Shown one piece after another: positions 30,001 to 40,800 of a stretch of 64,000 nt of DNA. The stretch comes from Ophelia neglecta (lineage: Eukaryota): assembly GCA_965285935.1 (NCBI GenBank), contig OZ260667.1:40362001-40426000 (forward strand), in the 5' to 3' direction. The translations under genes were made by a program, and so were the position numbers. How positions within the stretch are numbered: position 1 is the stretch's first letter; the number at the start of each line of letters is the position of its first letter. Under the pieces are notes generated by a model. The model searched no databases. It saw only the letters and a list, made by a program, of their open reading frames with translations, and had not been told where the DNA came from.

Positions 30001-33000
30001 TTGTAATGCCAGGATTGATCAAACACTGTACAGAGGCTTCTCCGAGACACGTTCATAGCCTGAGTACTTAAGCAAAGTCTGCACCACTGGGTCAACCATG
30101 GCGTCTCTCACCTCAATATCAAAGCACACAGATTTGAGAGCAATACAAATATGTGATCAAGGGAAGTAAATGTTATCCCGCCAGTATTGATTGTATGCCT
30201 GTCGGGAAAAGCATATTATGGAGTGAGGGCTGTCGTTAATGCTTTTATGCTAAGCTATGACAAGCTGCCTTTTAGGCCTGGGTACCTCCGTTAACAGCTA
30301 TTTTCAGGGTCTCTCCCATTCCTGGCCAGACTCTTGGCCCTATATGGGAGGCACTGTGAGTACTGTTCAGCTCTCACCAGCAATGAGCTGTATATCCTGC
30401 AGGAAGGTGACTTAAATATATGAGGCCGGGTAAAATTGTTTGGCTCCAATTTGATTCACGAGGATGTGTCCTGCTCAGGCTGCGCCTGCCTGTATCTCAG
30501 CCCGCTGGAGGATGTTCTGGAGGTCGCAGAGGCTTGACTGCCCTCTGATAACCAGCTACAGCAGATAATGTGTTATTGGCATGTCAACATCCAACAGCCA
30601 TTGATGTTTGGATCAACAGTATAATCCCATCTTTAAACCATCTGTTGGGGAGAACAAACCCATGCAAATTTTCCCACCTTTATTCCTCTTTTGATAATTA
30701 AGCTTTTATAATATAATATAGTAGTTAAGTCCCTGAAGAATAAGTTTCTATCTGTAGCAAATTTATACAGGTTGTATGATTTTACTATTCCCCATTGAGG
30801 GACCCTTTGTGCCTCTTTAATATCTGCTGACCTCTTGCTCATCTCTTTGTCACAAGGTCCATTGCTCTAACATATATATTCAAAAATATTGATAAGGTGA
30901 AAGTATGATTGAAAGTATATGATTGTTTGTATATACAGTTGTCCCTGCGATGTAGGGACACCCCTAAATCCAAGCAAAAGTGCCCCTACATAGCAGGTGT
31001 CCCTTCATCAGAGGGACATTAATATAGGAAAGATAGGACATGGGAATTGAAAAAAGGCCTGCGGTCCCAGGGAGTCCCTTCATCAGAGGGTCCCTTCATC
31101 ACAGGGACCACTTTAAATGATATAATATAATTATGAAATATGCACAGAATAAGTAAACTGTAGATCATTACTTTTGTTGACAGAGAAGAAGATGAGTGGC
31201 TTGTCTGCTGAGCAGCTGATGAGTCACTACCTGGCAGACACGTCTGCTGACAAGGACTTCAACCATATCATGTCCAGGTAGGTGTCCAACAGAAAACTCT
31301 CAATACAACTTACATCAGGCATATTCAGTTGGTTAGGCTGATCTCTGCATGGTGTATGTGTCAACATGCAGCAATTCAATTACCAACCTTTACTATAATA
31401 CAGACTGTTAACTGGCTTAAGGCTAACAAGCTCATCAATATTGTATAGCAGGGCAATGATAACCACAATTAATATTATACATATTACTGTATATATTTTT
31501 TCTACCTTTTTTTCTAGTTTTTGGCAAACACCTAGCTACTGTTAACTGCTCTTCAGCCATAACACATAACTAATATGAATGGAATTTAATCCGGCCCTCA
31601 ACACAGAATTTATTGGCCAATCATAGAATTTCAATTTATTTCCTGTTGTTCAGTAGTATGTCTTCAGTAGAAAGGATCTTAATGTGAATAGGCCTATATC
31701 AAATATTCAGCCTGTATTTGGCATGCCAAAAAAATACAAAAATGGGTCAGATAAGGCAAAAGCACTTATAAACTGTCTTAGAATAATGCTGGCATCATGA
31801 ATGTGTCATGCACGAACGCCGATGAGGTTTATTAAAATACTGTTACTAAAATGAATGGTATGTACATGTACATGTTCTCTTGGTGCCATCACTACCACCT
31901 ATAGCACTACACCGGCTAAATATACATTTGAGGACAGATTTCCTTTGGCCTAAGGAGCCATATTGTTGAAGCCACATACCAATATAAACACTTCAAATAA
32001 TGCAATAAAACATTAAATATAGCTAAGAGTGTAAAAAGGAAATATATGAAGTTTAATTTATTATTATTCCTTTTAACTCATATCGACGTCAGTTTGGCTA
32101 CCAGGTAATACTTTTTATTATGTATGAATTTCTTTTCATGTTTGTGTATTAGTGTCACACCACTATCGTGGACCTGTCATTAAGCTAGTTGGTTGTAGAT
32201 TTTATCTAACGACCCAAGAGCATGAGTAATTAATTCTGAATATGTAACACTTGCCCGCCATTGTTCCAGTAAAATTGCATGTAAAAGTATCAATGTTATA
32301 ATATATGCTTTAGATATTTTTTGTCTTATAATTTGTAGCATTTATCGTTCATTTTCATACTTTAGTCTTGATTAGTATATTACCAAAACATGTTGGACTG
32401 AATGGTCCAACAAAGGAATCTGTGTTGCGCAGCTTGTCCATGTTCTGTAGAGCTTCGCCAGTGTGTGTTTCATACACGCATGTCTGGGTGTGACCAGTAT
32501 AAGAACACTGTTTAAGAGGCCTGGTCTGATCGCATGTGCCAGTCTACTGGCATGTGCCAGTCTACTGGCATGTGCCAGTCTACTGGCACAGAAGTAAATT
32601 TGATAAAGGCACCACTCCAAGTGTCTTATCAAGGAGAGAGGCTGTCAACTTATTGCCTGCTAGAGACTTGATGGGATGGGCAGAAAAGTGATTTTTGGCA
32701 CGTCCCCAATCTTCCTCACAACAATGGCATTAAATGTGGGATCTCAATTAAGTCTTCAGCTGATAGATTGTGATGAATGATGAACACCAAGTAAAAATGC
32801 AGTGAAATAGAGACTGGTAGCCTAGTTTAAATCAAGTCCATAGTCAAACAATCACTTGACCGCAGGTTGCCTGAGGTACAATGTGATTGATGTGTGTCTG
32901 TTTGTTTGTTGTAGTGCCAAGCCCCCAGTGAGAACAGTGAAGTCAGAGCGTCGTAGTCTGGAGAGAGTGTCACTAGGGGACAGCTCCAGTCCTCCTCTCT

Positions 33001-33815
33001 CACCCAGCCACCAGGGGGCGCTGACACCACAGCAAGAGAGGGCTCTCAATGCTCAGAAACGAGCAGACTGGCGAAAGGCGAGGTGAGTGAAATCTGAAAA
33101 TAACTCATAATATGGATAATGGATCTTGGTTTGGTATTATTAATTTGTAGAATAATTTCCTGACATGGGGAGAAAACATGAAATTTGCTGTTGATAAGTT
33201 ATTGGCCTCATTACGTAGCATAACGCTGGGACAGCACTGATGGTTTGTGGAGCTTCCTTCAGACAGTCATCTTGAGCTTTGCTAAATACAGAGACAAGAG
33301 GAGAACAAAATAATAAGACTTGTTAGTGATTGCTACGTACTCTACTGTTTTAGGATGAAGTCATTAGAAGCCGAGGCTTTGAAGGCACAAGCTGTCATAG
33401 CCAAGGTAGAGGAGATGAAAGGCATGGAAGGCTCAGCACAGGGTAGACTGGAGAATATTAAAGGTGAGTTGTCCTCAACACTACATTCTGTCTAAGTGAT
33501 AGGACCACATAATGAACAGTGCTGGTATACTACCTGTACATGTAGGTCTGGAGGCTTGAATGGTCCTGACTTCTGTCCTTCTGTCTAAGAGATGATCATT
33601 TAAAGGCTAAGTACCAGTAAACTTTTACATACTGAACAAGAGCCACTTTCATGTTTGAAATACCATACTATTTATAGATTATGTTTGGAAGGAAAATGTT
33701 GACTTGCTAAACTATAAACATGAAAAACGTGCTCTGACAACCTGGTTGTTTCCTTGTTTCAGAAAGCCAGGCAAACGGTCCAAATGGCACGACGAACGGG
33801 CACGACAGAGAATAA
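1..33815 (+). CDS. SCRIB: Protein scribble homolog (LAP family), 3' portion: PDZ1-PDZ4 and C-terminal region; LRR exons lie upstream of the window
   Basis: Phase-consistent GT-AG exons: <1-44, 342-538, 836-1093, 2741-2950, 3130-3393, 3608-3700, 5639-5719, 5918-6619, 8890-9000, 9241-9300, 9691-9807, 10177-10293, 10648-10917, 11177-11233, 11556-11657, 12151-12252, 13328-13477, 14901-15179, 21689-21806, 29686-29742, 31184-31277, 32915-33082, 33354-33463, 33763-33815 (TAA). Scribble signatures: KLRRRDTPHHLKNKR; PDZ1 [25 protein letters not shown]; PDZ2 GLGFSIAGG; PDZ3 GGPLGLSIVGGIDHTCHPFG; PDZ4 GEKLGISIRGG..GNPLDKTDEGIFISK; C-terminal MTFTDKRKFFE, KFSYLQEHEVAKLR, PVRTVKSERR, KRADWRKARMKSLEAEALKAQ. 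Confidence 0.95.
1147..1775. mobile_element. Non-autonomous DNA transposon (MITE), CAGGG termini, 5-bp TSD (hAT5-like)
   Basis: Imperfect TIR CAGGGAAAGAAATAAGCA / TTCTTATATCTCACCCTG (14/18). Flanks are TGTCA at 1142-1146 and 1776-1780. Subterminal palindromes CTGGCCC..GGGCCAG at both ends. CpG-rich relative to the host intron. Confidence 0.75.
2460..2615. repeat. Degenerate ~24-bp tandem repeat (TAGTCATACTC..GATATATTATAT-like)
   Basis: About six diverged copies of a tagtcatactc core separated by AT-rich spacers. Confidence 0.6.
13800..14550. mobile_element. Probable old interspersed repeat, class uncertain
   Basis: Begins TTTTTACCC...GGGGGCTATTG and ends ...GGGGTGACATATATTTGTTTTC with internal TTGACC/CAAGGTCA motifs, a layout resembling non-autonomous repeats of marine invertebrates. 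No TIR or TSD resolved. Confidence 0.3.
15603..15608 (+). other. Candidate alternative terminal exon of scribble (adds T then stop)
   Basis: Strong acceptor TCTGATCTCTCTCTTTGTTTCTTTGCAG followed by ACA TGA, in phase 0 with exon 14901-15179. Confidence 0.35.
21880..22130. mobile_element. Degenerate MITE-like fragment with repeated (C)TGGAAAA/CCTTGAA subterminal motifs
   Basis: Seven to eight spaced copies of ctggaa/cttgaa/catggaaa motifs; termini not resolved. Confidence 0.3.
22501..22625. mobile_element. Small piggyBac-like MITE relic
   Basis: TTAA-CCCTTTCAGCT ... AGTTGAAAGGG-TTGA. The left end (ttaac.ctttcagctctgaatatc) is tandemly repeated with a ~46-bp period. Confidence 0.4.
23690..26162. 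repeat. 47-bp GC-rich minisatellite, ~52 copies, with higher-order repeat structure
   Basis: Consensus CAGCCGAGGATAACTCCCCTTCCACCAGCTCACTGGCAGGCCTCTTA; period 47 (e.g. 24316 to 24363); homogeneous core with diverged edges. Confidence 0.97.
30936..31113. mobile_element. Tc1/mariner (pogo/Tigger-like) MITE
   Basis: TA-CAGTTGTCCCTGCGATG ... CATCACAGGGACCACTT-TA; related copy at 57007-57177. Confidence 0.75.
31518..31545 (+). other. Candidate alternative terminal exon of scribble (SFWQTPSYC*)
   Basis: Strong acceptor TTTTTTCTACCTTTTTTTCTAG; phase-2 compatible with exon 31184-31277; TAA at 31543-31545; AATAAA at 32004-32009. Confidence 0.35.
32093..32104 (+). CDS. Candidate 12-nt frame-preserving microexon of scribble (S-L-A-T)
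   Basis: ...TTCCTTTTAACTCATATCGACGTCAG|TTTGGCTACCAG|GTAATA; phase 2-2, matching both flanking exons; no stop. Confidence 0.5.
32532..32590. repeat. 18-bp tandem repeat x3 of a self-complementary unit
   Basis: (GCATGTGCCAGTCTACTG)3; contains the inverted repeat TGTGCCAGT-CT-ACTGGCACA. Confidence 0.85.
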
Positions 33816-34740
33816 AGGCAGTGATTCATTATTTGTGATAGAAGTAATAAACAGTGAATAACGGAGAGTGCGTGTAGCCATGGGCCCTGAAGGACTGTAC
33901 CACTTGATCTGTCAAGATAAATTAGTAGAAGGCTTCCTCCTCCTGCCAGGGAGAAAACCACATAGACTATGTAAAACCATGTAACTCTATTGAGTTGAGT
34001 GGTCACAGGATAACATTGTCAAACACCTTAACTTCTACACCAGTAGCCATTGTTGTGTCCATTCGTCAAGACCTGATGTTCAAATTCTCAACACTTGAGT
34101 CAGAGAATTATGGTCATGATGTACACTTAGTGTCCTCATTGATACATCATGTTAACTGTTCACATTCTCACAGCTGGAGCAAGATTACCAACGTCATAAT
34201 CCACTATGTTATACAGTAGGCAAATGTCAAGACCTGCCTTCTAGAGTGCCTGCTATAATAACCAATATAATGAAAATATATAATATGCTATTGACAAGGC
34301 ATAATTAATTACTGCTAGGTTTCAGTATCATGCGTTTAATCATAAACACCAAGTCATACTGTTAGTATAATTCTAATTCATTTGATTGTTTAATCATATG
34401 TCACACTGCTGATTTGTTCAATGAGGAAGATGTGTTTGGTGTTTTTTAAAGGTCGCAGCAAGTAGTTTTCCTTCAGTGAAAAAATACAGTAAAATTTAAC
34501 CTGTAGTGTATTGTAGCATCAGCAGACTAGATGAGGTCATATATGTATGTCATGATTTGAGGAGACTGTGGGTGTGTGTATGGACTGTCATAACTCTATT
34601 AAAGTGGGAATTTGAGAGAAATATATCTGGATAGTGAATCTGCAGACAACAAGCTTGTATGTATATAAAAACTCACCAACTAGTCAACGGTGTGTACTGT
34701 GTAATTTTGTGTCCTCTTCATTGTGTTTTTAAGCTTTCAA

Positions 34741-35761
34741 AATAAATATAAGATATATATACACTAAAAGTGTGTCCTACTCTCTACCTGAGAATTTTCC
34801 CCCATAGCGCTAAAATATTTGTTCATGAAATTATTCTGATTGTGTTGTGATTATGTCTTACAGGTAAACAGAGTATGCATGAAAAAATGCTATGGAATCT
34901 CCAAAATGGACTCAATTTGTCCTATTTTTAAGTTATCTCCATATGTTATAGACAAAATCAACAGTTACATCAAGCTGTTAAATTTAATGCCAAAACTTCT
35001 ATGTTCAATTTCTGTTTGCCAGAAGTTGTGGCATTGGTAGTTTAATAAATTAATGTTGGTCATAATTTAATATACTGAGTCATTATCACAACTAGGCTGT
35101 TCTTATGGTTAAAATACAGCAATGTTTATGGAATAATTAAATCTTAATGATGTTCTTATTTGGAAATTACCCCAGTATCATTATATTATAAGATAGTAAA
35201 GCGCTGAAGATGGTGATTGAAAGGAGCGTTAAAAGCTCAGCATGTGGCAGAGACTCTCACCAAAAACTTGCCAGCCGTGACCATTTTAGGGTATCAAAGC
35301 TTAGGTTTTATTTATTTTCATAACCCTTTTAAGTATTTTTAAATAACTAGTATTGCTAGCAAGTTGGCTTATTTGTACTCGTTTTAGATTTTTATGTAAA
35401 ACTGTATTAAAATAATCATATTACTCTATATACATTTTTACTGCTTAAGATGTTATAAAATCAAAGTAATTTGCTTGATTTCTGAAAATTGTCAAGCTAT
35501 TGTAAATCATGTATATTGATAGAGATCAGTAAGTGCAATAAAGCATTTATTACATGGATTATTTAGGTCTTGTTTTGCCGTTGTCAAACTTTTGGAAACT
35601 GTAATTTGAACTAAAAAACTTAAGCCAAAGTGGTGTCTGATTCCTCTTAAACCTGACCTAAAGCATGTCATATCTTGACAAGGCATTCCTTCTCTGGTTA
35701 TATTAAATATCAGTTCAAACTCTATACTCATCAATACAAAATGTCATTTTGAATGAATAAA
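34741..35761 (+). terminator. Candidate scribble polyadenylation signals (3' UTR of ~0.9-2 kb)
   Basis: AATAAA at 34741, 35044, 35537 and 35756 downstream of the stop; which is used cannot be told from sequence. Confidence 0.35.
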
Positions 35762-36483
35762 CAGGATGAAGCTATTCCCAGGTTATTTTAAGGAATAGAT
35801 GTACGCATTTGTTCGGGATCTTTTTCAGTGAGCTCATCCCCTTTTTAATTGTTTTGATAAAACACTTTCTGGAGTACAAGTAGATAGTAGTAATGATGCT
35901 ATCTCCAAATTTGCAACCCACATAAAAAACCTATTTCTGTGCCATTTAGTCTCGTAATTCTATTTGCTAATACCCTGGTAGATTCACATCTTTGAAGGTA
36001 TAAGCTGGTTAATTCTGTGCTTTTAATCACAAGCATTCCCATGTCCATATACGGTATCTGTCCATGCCTTTATGAACTGGTTATACACACATGACATTGT
36101 TTGCTAACAGGAGTTACTATTTGACCTGTTATTCAGGTCAGGTCATATGCAGTGATGTGTATAGGTTCAGTATAAACTTAAGGTCACCTTTCATCGCTGT
36201 TCATATATATTTATAGGCATGTATAGATATGTATACACCTACAGGCTTATAATACAGAGAAGGCAGAGGTACAACCACCTTCTCTGGTTTAGAGTGTTCG
36301 GCCCAACTGCCTCTTCCATTCACACATGATTAATAGGAGAGTAAACATACATATACACCCGAAAAACCTGGCTTTATGACAGGAATAGGATGGGAATAGA
36401 CTGAAAATATCTACAGTGCACTATACATACATGGATAACCCTTAACTAATTTACCAATATAAACTGTGTTTCGCCTGACAAAA

Positions 36484-36550
36484 TTTCACTTCCTGGTCCT
36501 CGTAAGGGAACTTTCAGTTGAACTTTTCAGCACTGACAGTAAGGGCGTGG
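36484..36550. promoter_or_regulatory. ETS-IRF composite, kB-like and Sp/KLF motif cluster upstream of the membrane-protein gene
   Basis: TTTCACTTCC 36484-36493 (reverse complement GGAAGTGAAA, canonical EICE); GGGAACTTTC 36506-36515; GGGCGTGG 36543-36550. Confidence 0.35.
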
Positions 36551-37420
36551 ATATGGTAACTAGCATACAATATGTGCAGTAAACTGAAGCTGGGTTTGGA
36601 AATATTTCACAGACCGATTATTAAAGGTATTGTATTATTATCTTACAAAGTTTTCATGCTATTAATATGGCTACATTACTGTATTTATAGTTTCAAGGCT
36701 TAAGTTAAAGTTTAAGATCCGTGTGTTACAAAGTATTTCCTTGATCACATGGTAGTTTGAACAATTTTCTAACTACCGGGAGGTGTTTTCCAGCATATTA
36801 TGGGCTGCTTGTGTACTAATATAACCCCTTCCCCATGGCTCTGGCTGGGTTATCATAGTCAATGATGGTAATTAAAAGTGACAATTTACCAAGTTTAACC
36901 TGGGCAAATTTGGGTGTGTTAATTGGGCTAAGAAAATATAATGATTGAAATTACATATACATGTATAGTCAAGTTTTAAGTCTCCCAGTAATTAAGTTAA
37001 TTGTCCACTGCAGCATGTCAGCCTATTTGTCCTAATTGTCTGTAGTTGTATTGTTGAAAATGACTACATTGAATGTGGGGGGAAGCATTGTTACACATTT
37101 TGTCCCAAGAATATATTGCCATAATCATGAACTTCAAGTCAATATATACATACAGTAACAGACATATTACCTTATATACAAGTATGGACAAGATCCTGTT
37201 GATAACAAGTTCACAATATTATTTACTCTATATACTGTTCATTGTGATATAAAAGTAATTTAATATCTACTTTACTCTTGTAAAGTATACACTGTACACT
37301 ATGTGAAGTGAACATTAAGTAAGTTTATCGTTAAACTTTGACATCAATCTTTGAACAGACATGCGTTCTATTATCAAAATAAGTTTGTGCAGTCTATACT
37401 TATATCTATTTTCATTGCAA

Positions 37421-37607
37421 ATTTTCACTTGGGGAAATCCCGCCTACAGGGATATATATAAATGTAAGGATCTAGCTATTTAATTTTTTCCCACAAGTGT
37501 ACCTAGTACAATATATCTCGATTGAACTATATGTTCTGTAGATTACAGTTTCATTTATAATGTACATTGAATGCATACCATATACTTTGGATTAGACACC
37601 AGGAAGT
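37421..37607 (+). promoter_or_regulatory. Putative proximal promoter: IRF-like, NF-kB, TATA and ETS motifs
   Basis: TTTCACTT 37423-37430 abuts GGGAAATCCC 37432-37441 (exact GGGRNWYYCC); TATAAA 37457-37462; ACCAGGAAGT 37598-37607. Possible UTR donors at 37646 or 37656 and an acceptor at 37773. Confidence 0.4.
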
Positions 37608-37810
37608 TTTAGAAGTTTAACAAGTGTCATATATTTATTGTATAGGTAAACAATGGTAATTTATATTACTTGGAGGTTTCCTTTAATGTATATTGGTTTA
37701 AAATGCTTGTACTGTTATGTAACTCCTGTGATGCACATCTAACAAGGGTCTCTTTCATTCTTTCACATTATAGATCCAATAGGAGTGAATTTATGATTTT
37801 GCCACAATCA

Positions 37811-40800
37811 ATGGACCCCAATATGGGGAAAGTTATCCTAGTAATCTGGCTGACACTGCTGCATCTGATAGCTATGGTATGTATGAAGAAATGAATTGTT
37901 TCAACATAAGAATACTTGGTAGTCCAATTATTTTGAATATTTCTATTCTGGCACTAATAGAAGAAGTGTTGTTTAATAGTGGACTTTCTATAAGCTGATT
38001 AGTCCTTCTCTCCTGATGAACTGACTAAAAGCCACAGAAAATGGACATGATAGTTGTCATGTACATGTATAGGGGCTGAGTTACCATTCAACTAAAAATA
38101 CTACATTATACTATGATAAATGGTATTTGGAGGGTTGGTTAATAAAGCGACCTAATAGTCTCCCTGTACTAAGGTCTCAACTGGCAATAAGAAAATCCAT
38201 ATCCTTCTTTCTACCTTTTAGTCTAGTTGTAAACTTATTTGTAAGATAAGTGTTTGCTATAAATTCATCTCCTTCTGAATTTCATAGTTAGTGAATCATT
38301 AGAAAAATGGCTATGACTAAGAAAGTAACTATAAAAAGCCAGTCTGTTTGTTGGCAACAGAGTTCCTGTTTAAAGATACTCTCAGGCTTTGTGTGGAACT
38401 TATAATGAAATGTGTTATTCTGGGTTTTTCAATAATGTTAGGCTCAGAAACCAACTGATTTTGCTTATCATTGCACAACATAGAGTGGTTATATAGGGAA
38501 GAAAAAAGGAATACTTTGTGTCATATATAAACCGGCCATCCATTAAGACTACTACTGGAAATCACGTATATCATATTACTGGCAATCCTTTGTAACTTAT
38601 TACTGGCAATCCTTTGTAACCTTTTACTGGCAATGCCCTGTAACCTTTTACTGGCAATTCCTTGTGACTTAACATATTACTGGCTATTCCATGTAACTTA
38701 TTACTGGAATATTACTGGCAAACACTTGTAACTCATTACTGGCAACCTTGTGTTACTTATTACTGGCAATCCCTTGTAAACTATTAATAGCAATTCCTTG
38801 GAACTTAATTTATTACTGGAATTTCCTTTTAACTTATTACAGGCCATGCCTTTTAACTTATTACTGGCAATCCTTGTAACTCATTACAGGATATCCCTTA
38901 ATTGTAACATTTTACTGACAATCATTGGAAACATATTACTAAATGGAAAGTCAATTTTAGGTAGTTAACTTTCAAGGGCCTCTACATTAAGAACTACATA
39001 TAATAAAGCGATGCACAGTTTAAAATAGGAATATTGGTATATTTTAACAAATATAGCAGTTTACCAGTATGTATACATGTACATGTACATGAACAGATGT
39101 ACAGACTAGTACTGTTATTATATCACACCACTATTATAGGTCAGCACATGTATATAATATGTAAAAGTTCCAAAGGCAGTTCTTTTTTATGGCAAAAATT
39201 GACAGACTGTGCGCAATTTATTCTTATTCAATTCAACCGACTTTTGGCAATTTTTCATTTTATTTTCAATCACCACAAATGCTTGCTCGTGTGATCAATA
39301 CTATGAAAGCACTAAGCAAAGTGGTCATACTATAGACAAACTGTGCCTTTACAATCCATGGTAATGAATGGCTTAGTGATTCAATCTTTAAAGCTACTAG
39401 GTAAAGTAGCTAAGTAGAGTATGTAAGAACTTTATCTAAATCAATCAAAATTATATGTAACAAGCTAAGAGTGATACAAACTGAAAGTTAAAGGAAAGAA
39501 AATGGTCGTCAAAGTCATAATAACCCCGGTATATAATTCTTTCTAAAGCCATTTATAGTCCTTTTCTGACAAATTAAAAAAAATGTAGCATGTTTTTGTA
39601 AGTAGTACTGTGTACAATGTGATTCTTTTGTATATTAACCAGGGGTCTGCAGCTTATAATTGCTCTTTATGTCAAATGGAGGGATGTGCTGTGTGCAACA
39701 CAGAGGGAGATACTAGTATCTGCAATGAATGTTGTGAAGGATATTACAAAATACCAATGACAGCACCTACTGGTAAGTAAACAAGGCCCATAGCTTTAGT
39801 GTCCTTGGTTTTATTATTTATTGATTTAGTATAAAGATAACTATATAGTAGGCGTTACAAAATGGAGAACGTTTGTTTACATTATTTTGTCATTCCTTAG
39901 GTGACACTGCTTTGAAGTGCATGTTAAAAATGAACATTCACTGAGTTCAGTAGATTTAAGATAAGATTTTACAGTTAGTTCCTGTATGTAAAGTCTAAAG
40001 TTCTACTAATATAATAGAAAAAATGCACGTAAACAATTTCAGATTTTTCAACAACTTATTTTCCTTCCTCTCCTGGACCAACTTCTGTGACTTATGCCCC
40101 TAAGACTACTACCCCTGATCCAGGTACCATGTGTGCTCCCTCCTGAACTACTCACCACAGGAACTAGTGTTCTAAAACTCAAATAAACTAACTTGCATTC
40201 AAATTGATATTTCTGCACCAAAATATCCATTTGAGAGCAGACATAATGCTTTTATACATTGCACAAACTAATGATAACTTAACATACCTGTATATACCTC
40301 ATTTAGGTGAGACTGATGGTCAGTTAATTGCTTAATGGGCTCAACTGTGCTTCAAAATAAAGGGCTCTTTGCAGCAATTACAACTTGATAGTAACAGTTT
40401 TGCTTTTCATCCTTTCATGTACATTTTTATACAATACCTTTTTGCTGAGATCTGAATTTAGGGTTTCATGTTTCAGCGGTGTCGAGCAGTTTAACCACTT
40501 CTGCAAATATATAATGAGACCTTCTAACAGTGATAAACATGTTTTATCAAGAAGAAAATAATAAATAATTAACCCACTACTGTAAACTGGATGACTAATA
40601 CGTTTTAAAAAAACATTTAGTTAATTATTGTAATTTGACCACGAGATAGTACAACTGTTATGGTAAACAATTAATGATCTGTTTAAAAAAAATTCTAAAA
40701 CTTCATTTCTGAATTTTTCAGTCACACAATCAAGCATCACCACAGTACCTTCAACCACAACGAAGCCTCCTCCCACCGTCACACAATCATCAGCTGTAAT

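Noticed and set aside
30308-30406. 99-nt open, phase-1 symmetric exon-like segment
   Set aside because: It would interrupt the conserved helical KLRTEDEKK motif with a hydrophobic/Cys peptide; weak acceptor and no other support.
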